In this document: one piece after another, positions 10,216 through 19,142 of the stretch
How the letters are laid out: each line of letters opens with the position of its first letter
Position numbering within the stretch: the first letter of the stretch is position 1
DNA from: an uncultured Spirochaetota bacterium
Lineage (GTDB): Bacteria > Spirochaetota > UBA4802 > UBA5368
Assembly (NCBI GenBank): GCA_963762305.1
Contig: CAVXKM010000001.1
Span: 752,316-816,315 of the forward strand
DNA: 64,000 nt
Direction: 5' to 3'
The notes under the pieces: model-generated
The model's input: only the letters and a program-made list of their open reading frames with translations
Databases searched by the model: none
What the model was told of the DNA's origin: nothing
Program-made: the position numbers and the translations under genes

Positions 10216-10245
10216 TTGATTAATTAAATGAATTAATTGTAGAAT
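10216..10245 (+). promoter_or_regulatory. Candidate sigma-70 promoter (TTGATT-18 nt-TAGAAT) in AT-rich block
   Basis: TTGATT at 10216..10221 and TAGAAT at 10240..10245. It lies in the AT-rich segment of the 650-bp non-coding gap upstream of speH. Sequence match only. Confidence 0.25.
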
Positions 10246-10531
10246 CCGCCAAATTTATAATTAATTTTTCATGCATATTGCACGAATTGAGTTATAAATC
10301 AGTAATGACTGTTATTTCAGCGGTTTGCGCGCTTTCTGCCCGCGGGGCGCGAGAGACCGCGACAGGTGAGGGTCGCGCGGATCACCGGAAGCGCCGGAGC
10401 GGGGATGCGAAGATGAAGCGCACTGGGCCGGCGGTGAAAGGAGCGGTTTTTGGGAATTAAAATTTTTCTGGGTAATTTGTTAAATTATTCTTGAAAAATT
10501 TAAAGCCGTTACATGTATGGTTTAGCGATCA

Positions 10532-10731
10532 CGAGGGGGTGATATTCGATCAAGGCGATTTTGCCAGATTCTCGAGCGAAACAACCAGAGTTGATTGACG
10601 GAAGGAAACGGCAATCCTTTCCGTCGGTTCGCAAAGCTGTGTGGGATCTAAAATCCCCAAGGCAAGTTTTTAAAAGTAGCATACACTCACCAGGGTGTAG
10701 GTGATATTTATTAAACGAAGGGGTAACTGCC
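10532..10731 (+). promoter_or_regulatory. Structured 5' leader of speH (candidate cis-regulatory RNA, class unknown)
   Basis: Several hairpins visible: ATCAC/GTGAT near 10527..10543, an imperfect ~10-bp stem GACGGAAGGA...TCCTTTCCGTC at about 10598..10626, and GGGAT/ATCCC near 10643..10656. RBS GAAGGGG precedes ATG 10732. No match to a riboswitch class I can recognise. Confidence 0.3.
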
Positions 10732-11142
10732 ATGGAGGGTTTGGGTACGCATTTAATAGCGGAACTCTTCAACTGCAACGAGTTACACATCAACGATCTG
10801 AAAAAGGTTGAGGAGGTAATGATGGCCGCTGCCGAACTCTCTAGTGCCACGATTATTAAACCCTTCTTCCACAAGTTCTCTCCCTATGGAATCAGCGGGG
10901 TCATCGTAATCGCTGAATCCCATTTTACCATTCACACATGGCCTGAATACGGGTACGCGGCTGTGGACATTTTCACCTGCGGCGATCTCAACTATCAGGC
11001 GGCCCTTGACCACATCAAGAGCGAGCTGGAAGCCGAGCGATGCACGGTGTTCCAGTTCCAGAGAGGAATTTTGCCTGAAAACAGCAGGATGAAAGGGATT
11101 TCAGCGTTCAGGGAGGTTGAAAATGCAGGCTACGTTGAATAG
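10732..11142 (+). CDS. speH: S-adenosylmethionine decarboxylase proenzyme, class 1 (SpeH/SpeD)
   Basis: 136 aa. VIVIAESHFTIHTWPEYGYAAVDIFTCG contains the Glu-Ser autoprocessing site and the HTWPE motif of small bacterial/archaeal AdoMetDC. Confidence 0.85.
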   Translation: MEGLGTHLIAELFNCNELHINDLKKVEEVMMAAAELSSATIIKPFFHKFSPYGISGVIVIAESHFTIHTWPEYGYAAVDIFTCGDLNYQAALDHIKSELEAERCTVFQFQRGILPENSRMKGISAFREVENAGYVE

Positions 11143-11542
11143 CAGGAGCATTCTCAAGGCCATCCCCACCCTTGAGAATTTCAACGAACTTGGAGCCTGG
11201 GGGCTCTACAGCAGCGTGGATATTCACAACTGCGATCCGGCGCTCATACGGGACGCGGAGTCGATTCGCCAGTATGTGGTTCAGCTCTGCGATCTCATCC
11301 AGATGAAGCGCTTCGGAGAGGTGCAGGTCGTGAATTTCGGCGAGGACGAGAGGGTTGCCGGTTATTCCATGACCCAGCTCATAGAGACCTCTCTTATCTC
11401 GGGGCATTTCGCCAATCTCACCAATACGGCGTACATCGACGTATTCAGCTGCAAGTATTATGATCCCGAGGTGGTGGCTCATTTTTCGCTGAGTTACTTC
11501 AGGGGAAGCGACTACACGCTGAATATAGCGCTGAGAAAATAG
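11123..11542 (+). CDS. AdoMetDC-like (PF02675-type) paralogue with divergent active-site motif
   Basis: ATG 11123 follows GGGAGG (11111..11116). 139 aa, aligns along its length to SpeH: NC near the N-terminus, LIETSLISGHFANLTNTAYIDVFSCK versus AESHFTIHTWPEYGYAAVDIFTCG. The ORF track starts at TTG 11117. Confidence 0.7.
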   Translation: MQATLNSRSILKAIPTLENFNELGAWGLYSSVDIHNCDPALIRDAESIRQYVVQLCDLIQMKRFGEVQVVNFGEDERVAGYSMTQLIETSLISGHFANLTNTAYIDVFSCKYYDPEVVAHFSLSYFRGSDYTLNIALRK

Positions 11543-11615
11543 CGAAACCCTGCGAAAGACCCGGAGACGGCTCGAAAGGCGTCTCCGGGGTCTGCGCGCA
11601 CCCCGCGGAGGTACC

Positions 11616-12473
11616 ATGCCCATGGAATCACAGTTATGGTTTGAGGAGATGCTTGAGCTGAACGCCGGAAGGACGCTCAAGATCAAGATCAATTGCCTCA
11701 TAGAACAGTGTGATTCCCCATTCCAGAGGATAGAAATATACGAGACCAAGCCTTTCGGGCGCATGCTGGTGCTGGACGGTGTGATCATGTGCACGGAATG
11801 GGACGAGCACGCGTACCATGAAATGATCACGCACGTGCCGCTGTGCGTGCACCCATCTCCCCGACGGGTGCTGGTGATCGGCGGCGGTGACGGCGGGACG
11901 GTGCGAGAGGTGCTGCGGCACCCCGGGGTCCAGCTCGTGCATCTTTGCGAGATCGACGGGGAGGTGGTGCGGTTGTCCAAAAAGCACCTGCCGTCACTCG
12001 CGTCCGCCCTGGATGACCCCCGCGTCACGGTCTACAACGAGGACGGCGCGAAGTTCGTCCAGGAGCGGAAGGGGGGCTATGACGTCATAATCGTGGACTC
12101 CTCCGATCCCATAGGGCCGGCGGAGGTGCTCTTCTCCGAGGAGTTTTACGTGTCCATGAAGGAGTCGCTCGGGGACGACGGGATCGCCGTGACCCAGGCG
12201 GAGTCCTTTTTCTATCATGGGGACATCGTGCATCGTCTCACGGGCTTCGCCAGGAAACACTACAGCGTCCCCGGATATTATTTCACCGTGGTCCCGACCT
12301 ATCCGAGCGGCGTCATAGGGTTCACCTTCTGCTCGAAGAAATACGATCCCCTCCGGGACTTCAACGAGGAGAAGGCAAAGTCCCTCCTGCCGAAGCTCAA
12401 GTACTACAATCCCGGCATCCACCGCGGGTCATTCGCGCTCCCGAGCTTCATCAAAAACCGCATACAGCTGTAG
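11616..12473 (+). CDS. speE: Spermidine synthase (aminopropyltransferase)
   Basis: 285 aa. LWFEE N-terminus, LVLDGVIMCTEWDEHAYHEM, VLVIGGGDGGTVREV, DVIIVDSSDPIGPA. Confidence 0.9.
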   Translation: MPMESQLWFEEMLELNAGRTLKIKINCLIEQCDSPFQRIEIYETKPFGRMLVLDGVIMCTEWDEHAYHEMITHVPLCVHPSPRRVLVIGGGDGGTVREVLRHPGVQLVHLCEIDGEVVRLSKKHLPSLASALDDPRVTVYNEDGAKFVQERKGGYDVIIVDSSDPIGPAEVLFSEEFYVSMKESLGDDGIAVTQAESFFYHGDIVHRLTGFARKHYSVPGYYFTVVPTYPSGVIGFTFCSKKYDPLRDFNEEKAKSLLPKLKYYNPGIHRGSFALPSFIKNRIQL

Positions 12474-12480
12474 GCATAAC

Positions 12481-12496
12481 GGGCTTGAAAAAGCCC
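12481..12496 (+). terminator. Short GC hairpin after speE (GGGCTT-GAAA-AAGCCC)
   Basis: 6-bp stem with GAAA loop, 8 nt after the speE stop. No T-tract follows, so an intrinsic-terminator role is uncertain. Confidence 0.25.
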
Positions 12497-12748
12497 CCGC
12501 GCCGTGTTGTCACCCGGGCTGAATCGCGGTCGCGCGTTTTAATTGACACGGTCACGGGCGCGGGATTACGGTATTATCGGGCGAAACGGGCACCCTCAGG
12601 GGGAAGAAGCCCCGGGAAGCCGGCGAAGGGATGAGTCCCGTAACAGACGAAACGCCCGTGTGACAATGCCATGGCTTTAATTTTCTTGAACCAGCGAAAT
12701 CTTCAAGGCGTACAACGCATCGCGGGCCACCCGGGGTGATGCGGCGCC

Positions 12749-13738
12749 ATGGACCTCACTCCCGAAAATCTCCGCGACCTCGCGATGTCCTTCCAGAAAA
12801 GCAGGATCCTGCTTTCCGCCTTCGAGCTGGACGTGTTCACCGCCCTCGGGGAAGGCGCGCGCTCCTCGCGGGAGGTGGCGGAAACCGTCGGCGCCGACGC
12901 GCGGGGCACGGACCGCCTGCTGAACGCCCTGTGCGCCCTGGGACTGCTCAGTAAAGAGAAAGGCCTCTACTCGAACACGGAAGCCTCCCGCCGCTACCTG
13001 TCCCGGTCGGGAGAGCGCTACCTGTCGGGATTGGGGCACGCGGCGAACCTGTATGCCTCGTGGGGCAGCCTCACGGCCGCGGTGCGCGCCGGGGGCACGG
13101 TGAGGGGGAAACAGCGGGAGGAGGGGAGCGGGTTTTCACTCGAGGCGTTCATCGGCGCAATGCACCAGAGGGCCCTCATGACGGCCCCGGCGCTGGTATC
13201 TAAAATTGACCTTTCGGGTGTCCGGCGCGTGCTGGACGTGGGGGGCGGTTCGGGCGTGTATTCCATGTCATTCGCGCGCGCGAAAGAGGGCCTGGAGGCC
13301 GTGGTTTTCGACCTTCCGGGCGTAACGGAGATAGCGCGACGCCATATCCGCGAAGCGGGCCTGGAAAACAGGATAACGGCCGTCGAGGGCAACTACCTGA
13401 CGGATGATCTCGGGAGCGGCTTCGACATGGTGTTTTTCTCGGCGGTGATCCACATACAGTCGGGGGAGGAGAACCGGCGCCTCATCGAAAAGTCCTTTCG
13501 GGCCCTCAACCCGGAAGGATTGGTCGTTATCCAGGATTTCGTGATGGATGAGGACCGGACGGCGCCCCCCGGCGGCGCGGTCTTCGCGCTCAACATGCTC
13601 GTAAATACCGCGAGTGGAGACACCTACACGGAATCGGAGATACGGGATTGGCTCGAGGGGGCCGGTTTTATCGGCGTCATCCGGCAATCCACCGGCGCCG
13701 ACACCTCCATGGTAATAGGACGAAAGCCTTCCGTGTAA
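12749..13738 (+). CDS. Class I SAM-dependent O-methyltransferase (family 2, with N-terminal dimerisation/wHTH domain)
   Basis: 329 aa. N-terminal wHTH-like segment (FELDVFTALGEGARSSREVAE...LLNALCALGLL) and SAM-binding motif VLDVGGGSGVYS. Confidence 0.8.
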   Translation: MDLTPENLRDLAMSFQKSRILLSAFELDVFTALGEGARSSREVAETVGADARGTDRLLNALCALGLLSKEKGLYSNTEASRRYLSRSGERYLSGLGHAANLYASWGSLTAAVRAGGTVRGKQREEGSGFSLEAFIGAMHQRALMTAPALVSKIDLSGVRRVLDVGGGSGVYSMSFARAKEGLEAVVFDLPGVTEIARRHIREAGLENRITAVEGNYLTDDLGSGFDMVFFSAVIHIQSGEENRRLIEKSFRALNPEGLVVIQDFVMDEDRTAPPGGAVFALNMLVNTASGDTYTESEIRDWLEGAGFIGVIRQSTGADTSMVIGRKPSV

Positions 13739-13930
13739 ATGAGATTCCGGAATCAAGCGCCCGGCCCTGCTTCGGACTGCAATTCCCCCCTAACACAGTG
13801 TGCTATTCACGGCCCTTCCGGGTTGGAAATACGAAAAGAGGCGGGAATGGCGGACTGTCCCATCCCGCTGTCGCGGCGGTACGGTATCACCGCTTGTTTC
13901 GTGATACATGTGTCCCTGCCCGCGGCACGT

Positions 13931-14581
13931 CTAGAAACCCAGGACGTGGGGAACGAGCACCACCATGAACGAGGTGAGCGATGGGCGGTACTCCAGTATC
14001 GTGGTCACCCTGCACGCCGAGGACCCCTCGCCGCAGTCCGTGCATCGGCCCGTCGCGGCACAGGGAGTTTTGAGGCCGAGCCTCTTCGAGTTTCTCGGGG
14101 AAGCGATGTTCTTGATCCGCCACATGGCGTCGTCGATGTCGCGCGCGACCTTGTTTATCCCTGCCACGGCGATCACCTGGCGTGGGCCGTAAATCATGGA
14201 CGCCACGCGGTTCCCGATGCCGTCGATGTTCACTATCCGGCCGTCCAGGGTGATCGCGTTGACCCCGGTAATAAAGACGTCGCAGGTGAGCTGGTTTTTG
14301 CGCATGTCCAGGCGCTCCCCGGGGCTGAGTCGCTCGTCCCAGTGGTTGAAGAGCCTGTGCCCCCGCTCCTCAAGCAGCCTGTCCAGCCCGAGCTCGCGGG
14401 TGCTCACCGACCCGCCGAGGCCCACGGTGCTGCCCGCCGGCACCGTTTCCATGATTTGACGAGCGGCCTCTCCGGGAGACGGCGCTATCACCGCGGTGAA
14501 GCCCCGCTTTTCAAGCTGCTGCTTCACCTCCCGGAGGGTGGAATCATTGTGCCAGTCCCTGATCGCGTTGTAGTCGCTCAT
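13931..14581 (-). CDS. LUD (lactate-utilisation, YkgG/LutC-like) domain protein
   Basis: 216 aa. GLGGSVSTRELGL, ITGVNAITLDGRIVNIDG and VAGINKV match the pattern of DUF162/LUD-domain proteins. Cys-rich tail CAATGRCTDCGEGSSAC. Confidence 0.65.
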   Translation of the reverse strand: MSDYNAIRDWHNDSTLREVKQQLEKRGFTAVIAPSPGEAARQIMETVPAGSTVGLGGSVSTRELGLDRLLEERGHRLFNHWDERLSPGERLDMRKNQLTCDVFITGVNAITLDGRIVNIDGIGNRVASMIYGPRQVIAVAGINKVARDIDDAMWRIKNIASPRNSKRLGLKTPCAATGRCTDCGEGSSACRVTTILEYRPSLTSFMVVLVPHVLGF

Positions 14582-15294
14582 AGCTGTCCCTCGAATTTAA
14601 TTATCATGGGGGTGTCCTCCCCCTCGGGCGGCACCCGGAAGAGCACGCCCGTCTTGTCGGCAACCAGGCTCCTGGCCTGCAGGAAGTCACGGTATTCCGA
14701 CTTCACGCCGCACACCTTGACGATGAGTGCGTCCGACAGCCGGGCCCCCCGCACGAATATGTCGCTGTCCCTCTTGTATTTCTCCTCCACGGTCTCGACG
14801 CGCCTCGGGGAAAAGGTGGGGATGAAAATGATCCTTGCGCCGAGCCTCCTCATGGCGTGAAAGCTCTCGTCGCTGAAGACGTCGGCGCAGATGAGCACGC
14901 CGAACGTGATACCATGGGCGCTGAAGACGGCGAAGGAGTCGCCGGGTGTTATCTTCCCCTCCTCGGCGAAAAACAGGTTGCGCTTCCTGTAGAAACCCAG
15001 CGGCTCGCCCCCCGCGTACACAAAGGACGTGTTGTGCAGGGAGCGGCCGTTCAGCTCGGGCATGGTGCCGCCGATCACCACGGCGTCCAGCAGCCTTGAG
15101 AGCCGTTCTATCCTCTGCATCTGCCGGCGCTGGTTGTGCCGGGTCTGAACGTGGTTGCCGAGCTTCCTGTTCACGAAGAAATATTCCGGGAAACACACGA
15201 AGTGGGGCTTGAAGGCGCTCATCTCGGCGGCGTCGGTGTGCGAGACGGGGATCCCGAGCGGTTTCTGGTAGAGGATTATCCGTACGCTCTGCAT
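14578..15294 (-). CDS. Carbon-nitrogen hydrolase (nitrilase superfamily), short form
   Basis: 238 aa. Putative Glu-Lys-Cys triad in CFPEYFF, YRKRNLF and VLICADVF. ATGA overlap with the downstream LUD gene. Confidence 0.75.
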   Translation of the reverse strand: MQSVRIILYQKPLGIPVSHTDAAEMSAFKPHFVCFPEYFFVNRKLGNHVQTRHNQRRQMQRIERLSRLLDAVVIGGTMPELNGRSLHNTSFVYAGGEPLGFYRKRNLFFAEEGKITPGDSFAVFSAHGITFGVLICADVFSDESFHAMRRLGARIIFIPTFSPRRVETVEEKYKRDSDIFVRGARLSDALIVKVCGVKSEYRDFLQARSLVADKTGVLFRVPPEGEDTPMIIKFEGQL

Positions 15295-15419
15295 GGCTTT
15301 TCCGGGCTGTCGTTACTCGCCCCGGGGCGGAGGGCGCCCTTCCAGCGGAGGGTGAGCGGCGAATAGAGTCAAATAAAAAACGATCTTCCTTCCCGCCGCC
15401 CTTCGGTCGATTAAATTCC

Positions 15420-15447
15420 TTGAATATAATCCTTGATTTGATATAGT
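15420..15447 (+). promoter_or_regulatory. Candidate sigma-70 promoter for glgP (TTGAAT-16 nt-TATAGT)
   Basis: TTGAAT at 15420..15425 and TATAGT at 15442..15447, in the AT-rich divergent intergenic region. Sequence match only. Confidence 0.3.
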
Positions 15448-15591
15448 GACGGTGAACGTCTCCTCCGATGACTTTTTAGGCTTGCCGCGCGCACCGGAAA
15501 GGCGGGGAGAAAATCACCGCGACGTTGAAGGCGCTCTCCGGGGCCGCATGGACGGGAGCGAAAATGGCGTATCGATGAAAGCGAGGACAGG

Positions 15592-18147
15592 ATGGCAAGG
15601 GTACAGAAACTGAGGGTGGTGCCGTATCTGCCCGAGAAGCTCTCGGCCCTCGGAAAAATATCGAAAAACCTGTGGTGGGTGTGGAACTTCGAGGCGATTG
15701 AGCTTTTCAGGAGGCTCAACGTCGAACTCTGGCGGGACGTGGGCCATAATCCAGTCGCGCTGCTCGGCCTGCTTTCACAGCGTGAACTGGACGAGGCGGC
15801 GGAGTCGGAGAGCTTCATGGCCCATATGAAGCGCGTGGAGGAGGAGCTTGACTGGCACCTGTCGAAGAAGTCTTGGTTCGAGGAAACCTACCCCCAGCAC
15901 CGGGAAGCGCAGATCGGCTATTTCTCCCTCGAGTTTGGCCTGCACGAATGCCTGCCCATCTACTCGGGCGGCCTGGGGGTGCTGGCGGGCGACCATATAA
16001 AATCGGCGAGCGAGCTGGGAATTCCCCTCACCGCGGTGGGGCTCATGTACCGCCTCGGGTATTTTCACCAGTATCTCACCATCGACGGGTGGCAGCAGGA
16101 ACGCTTCCCGGAGAAAGACCTCCACAACATGCCGATCACCCTGCTTCGCGACGGGCAGGGGGAGCCGCTGGTGGTGTCGGTGGATTTTCCCGACAGGAGC
16201 GTGCACGCGCAGGTATGGCAGCTTTTGATCGGCCGCATCACGCTCTACCTGCTGGACACGAACATCGACGTGAACTCCCTCCAGGACAAGGCGATCACGG
16301 ACCAGCTCTACGGCGGCGACCTCGAGATGCGGATAAAGCAGGAGATGCTGCTCGGCATCGGCGGCGTGCGGGCGCTGAGGGCCCTGGGGAAAAACATCAC
16401 CGTCTACCACATGAACGAGGGTCACTCGGCCCTGCTCGCCGTTGAGCGCCTCCACAACGCCATGACAAGCCACCACCTCAACTTCCAGGAGGCCCTGGAG
16501 TTCGTCACGTCCGGAAACATATTCACAACGCACACACCCGTTCCCGCCGGGAACGACCGGTTTTCCCCGGAGCTCATCGACAGGTACCTCTCGCACTACT
16601 ATAAAAAGCTCGATATCCCGAGGGAGGAGTTCCTCGCCCTCGGCCGCGAGGACCCCTCGAACAGGGACGAGTCGTTCTGCATGACCGTGCTCGCCATCAA
16701 GACCGCCGCGGCGTGCAACGGCGTATCGAAGCTGCACGGGACGGTCTCGCGCAACATGTGGAAAAGCATCTGGCCGTCCCTCCCGGTCCACGAGGTCCCC
16801 ATCACCCACATCACCAACGGGGTCCAGATTCTTTCCTGGACCTCGGACGAGATGATGAGGCTCTTCAACCGGTACCTGGGGCCGCGCTGGATCGACAACC
16901 CGGTCGACAAGCACATGTGGAGCGCCATAGACACGATCCCGGACTCCGAGCTGTGGCGCTGCCGCGACCGCCTTCGCGAGCGGCTCGTCGCCTTTTCGAG
17001 GAAGAAACTCCGCGAACAGCTCCTGGACCGTGGGGCGCCGAAGACTGAGGTGGAGAAGGCCGACGCCGTCCTCGACTCGGAGGCGCTTACGATAGGGTTC
17101 GCGAGGCGGTTTGCCGCTTACAAGAGGGCCGCGCTCATCCTGAAGGACCTGGAAAGGATAAAGAGGCTCCTCCTGGACAAGGAACGCCCCATACAGATAA
17201 TCTTCTCGGGGAAGGCCCACCCGAAGGACAACCAGGGCAAGGAGCTCATCAAGCGGATCAGCAACCTGGTCAGGGAGGAGCAGTTCCGCAACAAGATCGT
17301 TTTCATCGAGGACTACGACATCAATATCGCCCGCTACCTGGTGCAGGGCGTCGACGTATGGCTCAGCACGCCGGTGCGGCCGCTCGAGGCGTCGGGAACC
17401 AGCGGGATGAAGGTCGCCCCCAACGGCGGGCTCAACATCTGCACCCTGGACGGGTGGTGGTGCGAGGCCTACAACGGCAACAACGGGTGGGCGATCGGGA
17501 AGGGCGAGGTGTATGACGACCCCGATTACCAGGACGAGGTCGAGAGCCTTTCGCTCTACAATATCCTCGAGATGGAAATGATCCCCATGTTCTACAAGAG
17601 GGGCGCCGACGGCCTCCCGCGCGAATGGATCGCGCGCATCAAGGAATCCATGAAGAGCATCTGCCCGGAGTTCAACACCAACCGCGTTGTCCATGAATAC
17701 ACCGAAAAGTATTACCTGAACGCCTTCCAGAACTATCTCCGGTTTTCCGAAAACGGTTTTCAGAAGGTGCGGGAGCTCGCCGCGTGGAAAAAGGGGATCA
17801 TCGCCGGGTGGAACAAGGCCGACGTAAAGGACCTCCTGTTCGGCCAGGAGAAGGAGGTGACGGTGGGATCGCGCGTCAGGGTCGAGGCGCTGGTGGACCT
17901 CGGCGATCTCAGGCCTGAGGACGTGCAGGTGGAGCTCTATTTCGGCAACCTCAATCCTTCCGGGGAGATCGCGGAGGGCGCCGCGCTGCCCATGAGCGTC
18001 GCCGAGAAGCGGGAAAAGAACCTGTACCTGTACCAGGGTTTCGTCCTGTGCCTCAAGTCCGGCCAGTTCGGCTTCACCGTCCGGATGATACCGTCCCACG
18101 GCGACCAGGTGAGAAAATTCATACCCCGCCTGATTACCTGGGCGTGA
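15592..18147 (+). CDS. glgP: Alpha-glucan (glycogen/maltodextrin) phosphorylase, GT35 alpha-glucan family
   Basis: 851 aa. YFSLEFGLHE...YSGGLGVLAGDHIKSASELGIPL and GKAHPKD...EASGTSGMK (PLP lysine region). Confidence 0.9.
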   Translation: MARVQKLRVVPYLPEKLSALGKISKNLWWVWNFEAIELFRRLNVELWRDVGHNPVALLGLLSQRELDEAAESESFMAHMKRVEEELDWHLSKKSWFEETYPQHREAQIGYFSLEFGLHECLPIYSGGLGVLAGDHIKSASELGIPLTAVGLMYRLGYFHQYLTIDGWQQERFPEKDLHNMPITLLRDGQGEPLVVSVDFPDRSVHAQVWQLLIGRITLYLLDTNIDVNSLQDKAITDQLYGGDLEMRIKQEMLLGIGGVRALRALGKNITVYHMNEGHSALLAVERLHNAMTSHHLNFQEALEFVTSGNIFTTHTPVPAGNDRFSPELIDRYLSHYYKKLDIPREEFLALGREDPSNRDESFCMTVLAIKTAAACNGVSKLHGTVSRNMWKSIWPSLPVHEVPITHITNGVQILSWTSDEMMRLFNRYLGPRWIDNPVDKHMWSAIDTIPDSELWRCRDRLRERLVAFSRKKLREQLLDRGAPKTEVEKADAVLDSEALTIGFARRFAAYKRAALILKDLERIKRLLLDKERPIQIIFSGKAHPKDNQGKELIKRISNLVREEQFRNKIVFIEDYDINIARYLVQGVDVWLSTPVRPLEASGTSGMKVAPNGGLNICTLDGWWCEAYNGNNGWAIGKGEVYDDPDYQDEVESLSLYNILEMEMIPMFYKRGADGLPREWIARIKESMKSICPEFNTNRVVHEYTEKYYLNAFQNYLRFSENGFQKVRELAAWKKGIIAGWNKADVKDLLFGQEKEVTVGSRVRVEALVDLGDLRPEDVQVELYFGNLNPSGEIAEGAALPMSVAEKREKNLYLYQGFVLCLKSGQFGFTVRMIPSHGDQVRKFIPRLITWA

Positions 18148-18152
18148 CGCGA

Positions 18153-18635
18153 TCAACGTCGCTCTTTATACAGGTAGTAGATATCGGCGTCGGCATAGAC
18201 CCAGTCGTCGCCCTTCTTCCTCTTTAACAGGGTGGGGCCGTGGATCTCCAGGAGCCTCCTGGTGGCGGTGTCGAAAACCAGGTGGTTCGGGTCCATGAAG
18301 AAACCCGGGAATACAGAATTTATTCTCATCTCGAATACCATGGTGCCCTGTCTCAAATAGGGGGATTCATTGAGGCGGGCGAGCCGGAAAGGGGCCACCT
18401 TTGAATGTTCACAACAGGTATGAGAAACTCCACCGTGTCCCCCGCGCCAGCGAATCCACCGGGAATTGATGAAATCAGCCAGGAGCGGGCCGACGACGAG
18501 AGTGGGGCGGTAAGGGGCGCTGCCCCGTTTCTCATTGTCGCTGTCCGTAAAACCGAAGACAATTGTATCCCCCTCGCGCTCGAGCTTGTAGCCGCACCCG
18601 ATGTGCGGGTAGGTGAGCAGGTACCGTTTTTCCAT
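18153..18635 (-). CDS. Hypothetical protein
   Basis: ORF 18153..18641. ATG 18635 sits 6 nt after GAGGAG and 2 nt after the TGA of the upstream small ORF. No family recognised. Confidence 0.5.
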   Translation of the reverse strand: MEKRYLLTYPHIGCGYKLEREGDTIVFGFTDSDNEKRGSAPYRPTLVVGPLLADFINSRWIRWRGGHGGVSHTCCEHSKVAPFRLARLNESPYLRQGTMVFEMRINSVFPGFFMDPNHLVFDTATRRLLEIHGPTLLKRKKGDDWVYADADIYYLYKERR

Positions 18636-18637
18636 CG

Positions 18638-18859
18638 TCACCTCCTCGACGACGGCCCGCTCGCCCCGGGGCGTGGTGTATACGTGGCGAAGGATTTCAG
18701 CGGGCCTTTCCCTGGCCGCTCAGTTAGCTTCCTGTAAAGAAGGACTTTCCTGTCGCTTCCCATAAGATAAACCTCGGCGGTGAAGGGCTCCTCGGCCTGG
18801 ACGGAGTCCGCGGTGAAGAGGGCAATGATATAGAAGAGAATGGTCCTGGCTAACGTCAT
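18638..18859 (-). CDS. Small hypothetical secreted protein
   Basis: Internal ATG of ORF 18638..18904 gives MTLARTILFYIIALFTADSVQA (signal-peptide-like). Translationally coupled to the downstream gene. Confidence 0.4.
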   Translation of the reverse strand: MTLARTILFYIIALFTADSVQAEEPFTAEVYLMGSDRKVLLYRKLTERPGKGPLKSFATYTPRPGASGPSSRR

Positions 18860-19142
18860 TGTGCTTTTCTTTTCGTTATTTCCCGTGCGGTCCTGCCGAT
18901 GCACCGTTTTGCCGGTCAGTTACGCGTTCGCCCGCTGATTGCCCGCAGGCTGTCGAATCATATCGGCCCAATGGGCCGCCGGTTTAATACGCCGGACATT
19001 GGAGAAAAATAACACGCGGAAACGGCACATTCACTATTACACTCGCCTTTCCGGCTGTTTCTATATATATTACCTTATTCGATTTGACTTGCTTGGTTTC
19101 GAGGCGGTATGGGTTTGAACTCAGTGAGAGGGGGGGACAGGA

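Noticed and set aside
10278-10460. 60-aa ORF in the speH upstream gap
   Set aside because: It begins in AT-rich DNA with no RBS and turns into an Arg/Gly/Ala-rich stretch typical of random GC-rich frames. I treated the region as non-coding.
15775-18156. 793-aa minus-strand ORF spanning the whole glgP locus
   Set aside because: It is antisense to an unmistakable alpha-glucan phosphorylase. Its translation is Arg/Gly/Pro/Val/Glu-rich low-information text with no motifs. Long stop-free antisense frames are expected in GC3-rich genes.
18635-18760. Possible frameshift joining the 73-aa signal-peptide ORF to the 160-aa ORF downstream
   Set aside because: The alternative frame is open upstream and reads plausibly. 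However, the junction has a textbook coupling signal: GAGGAG, TGA stop, then ATG 2 nt later. Two coupled genes explain the sequence without invoking an indel.
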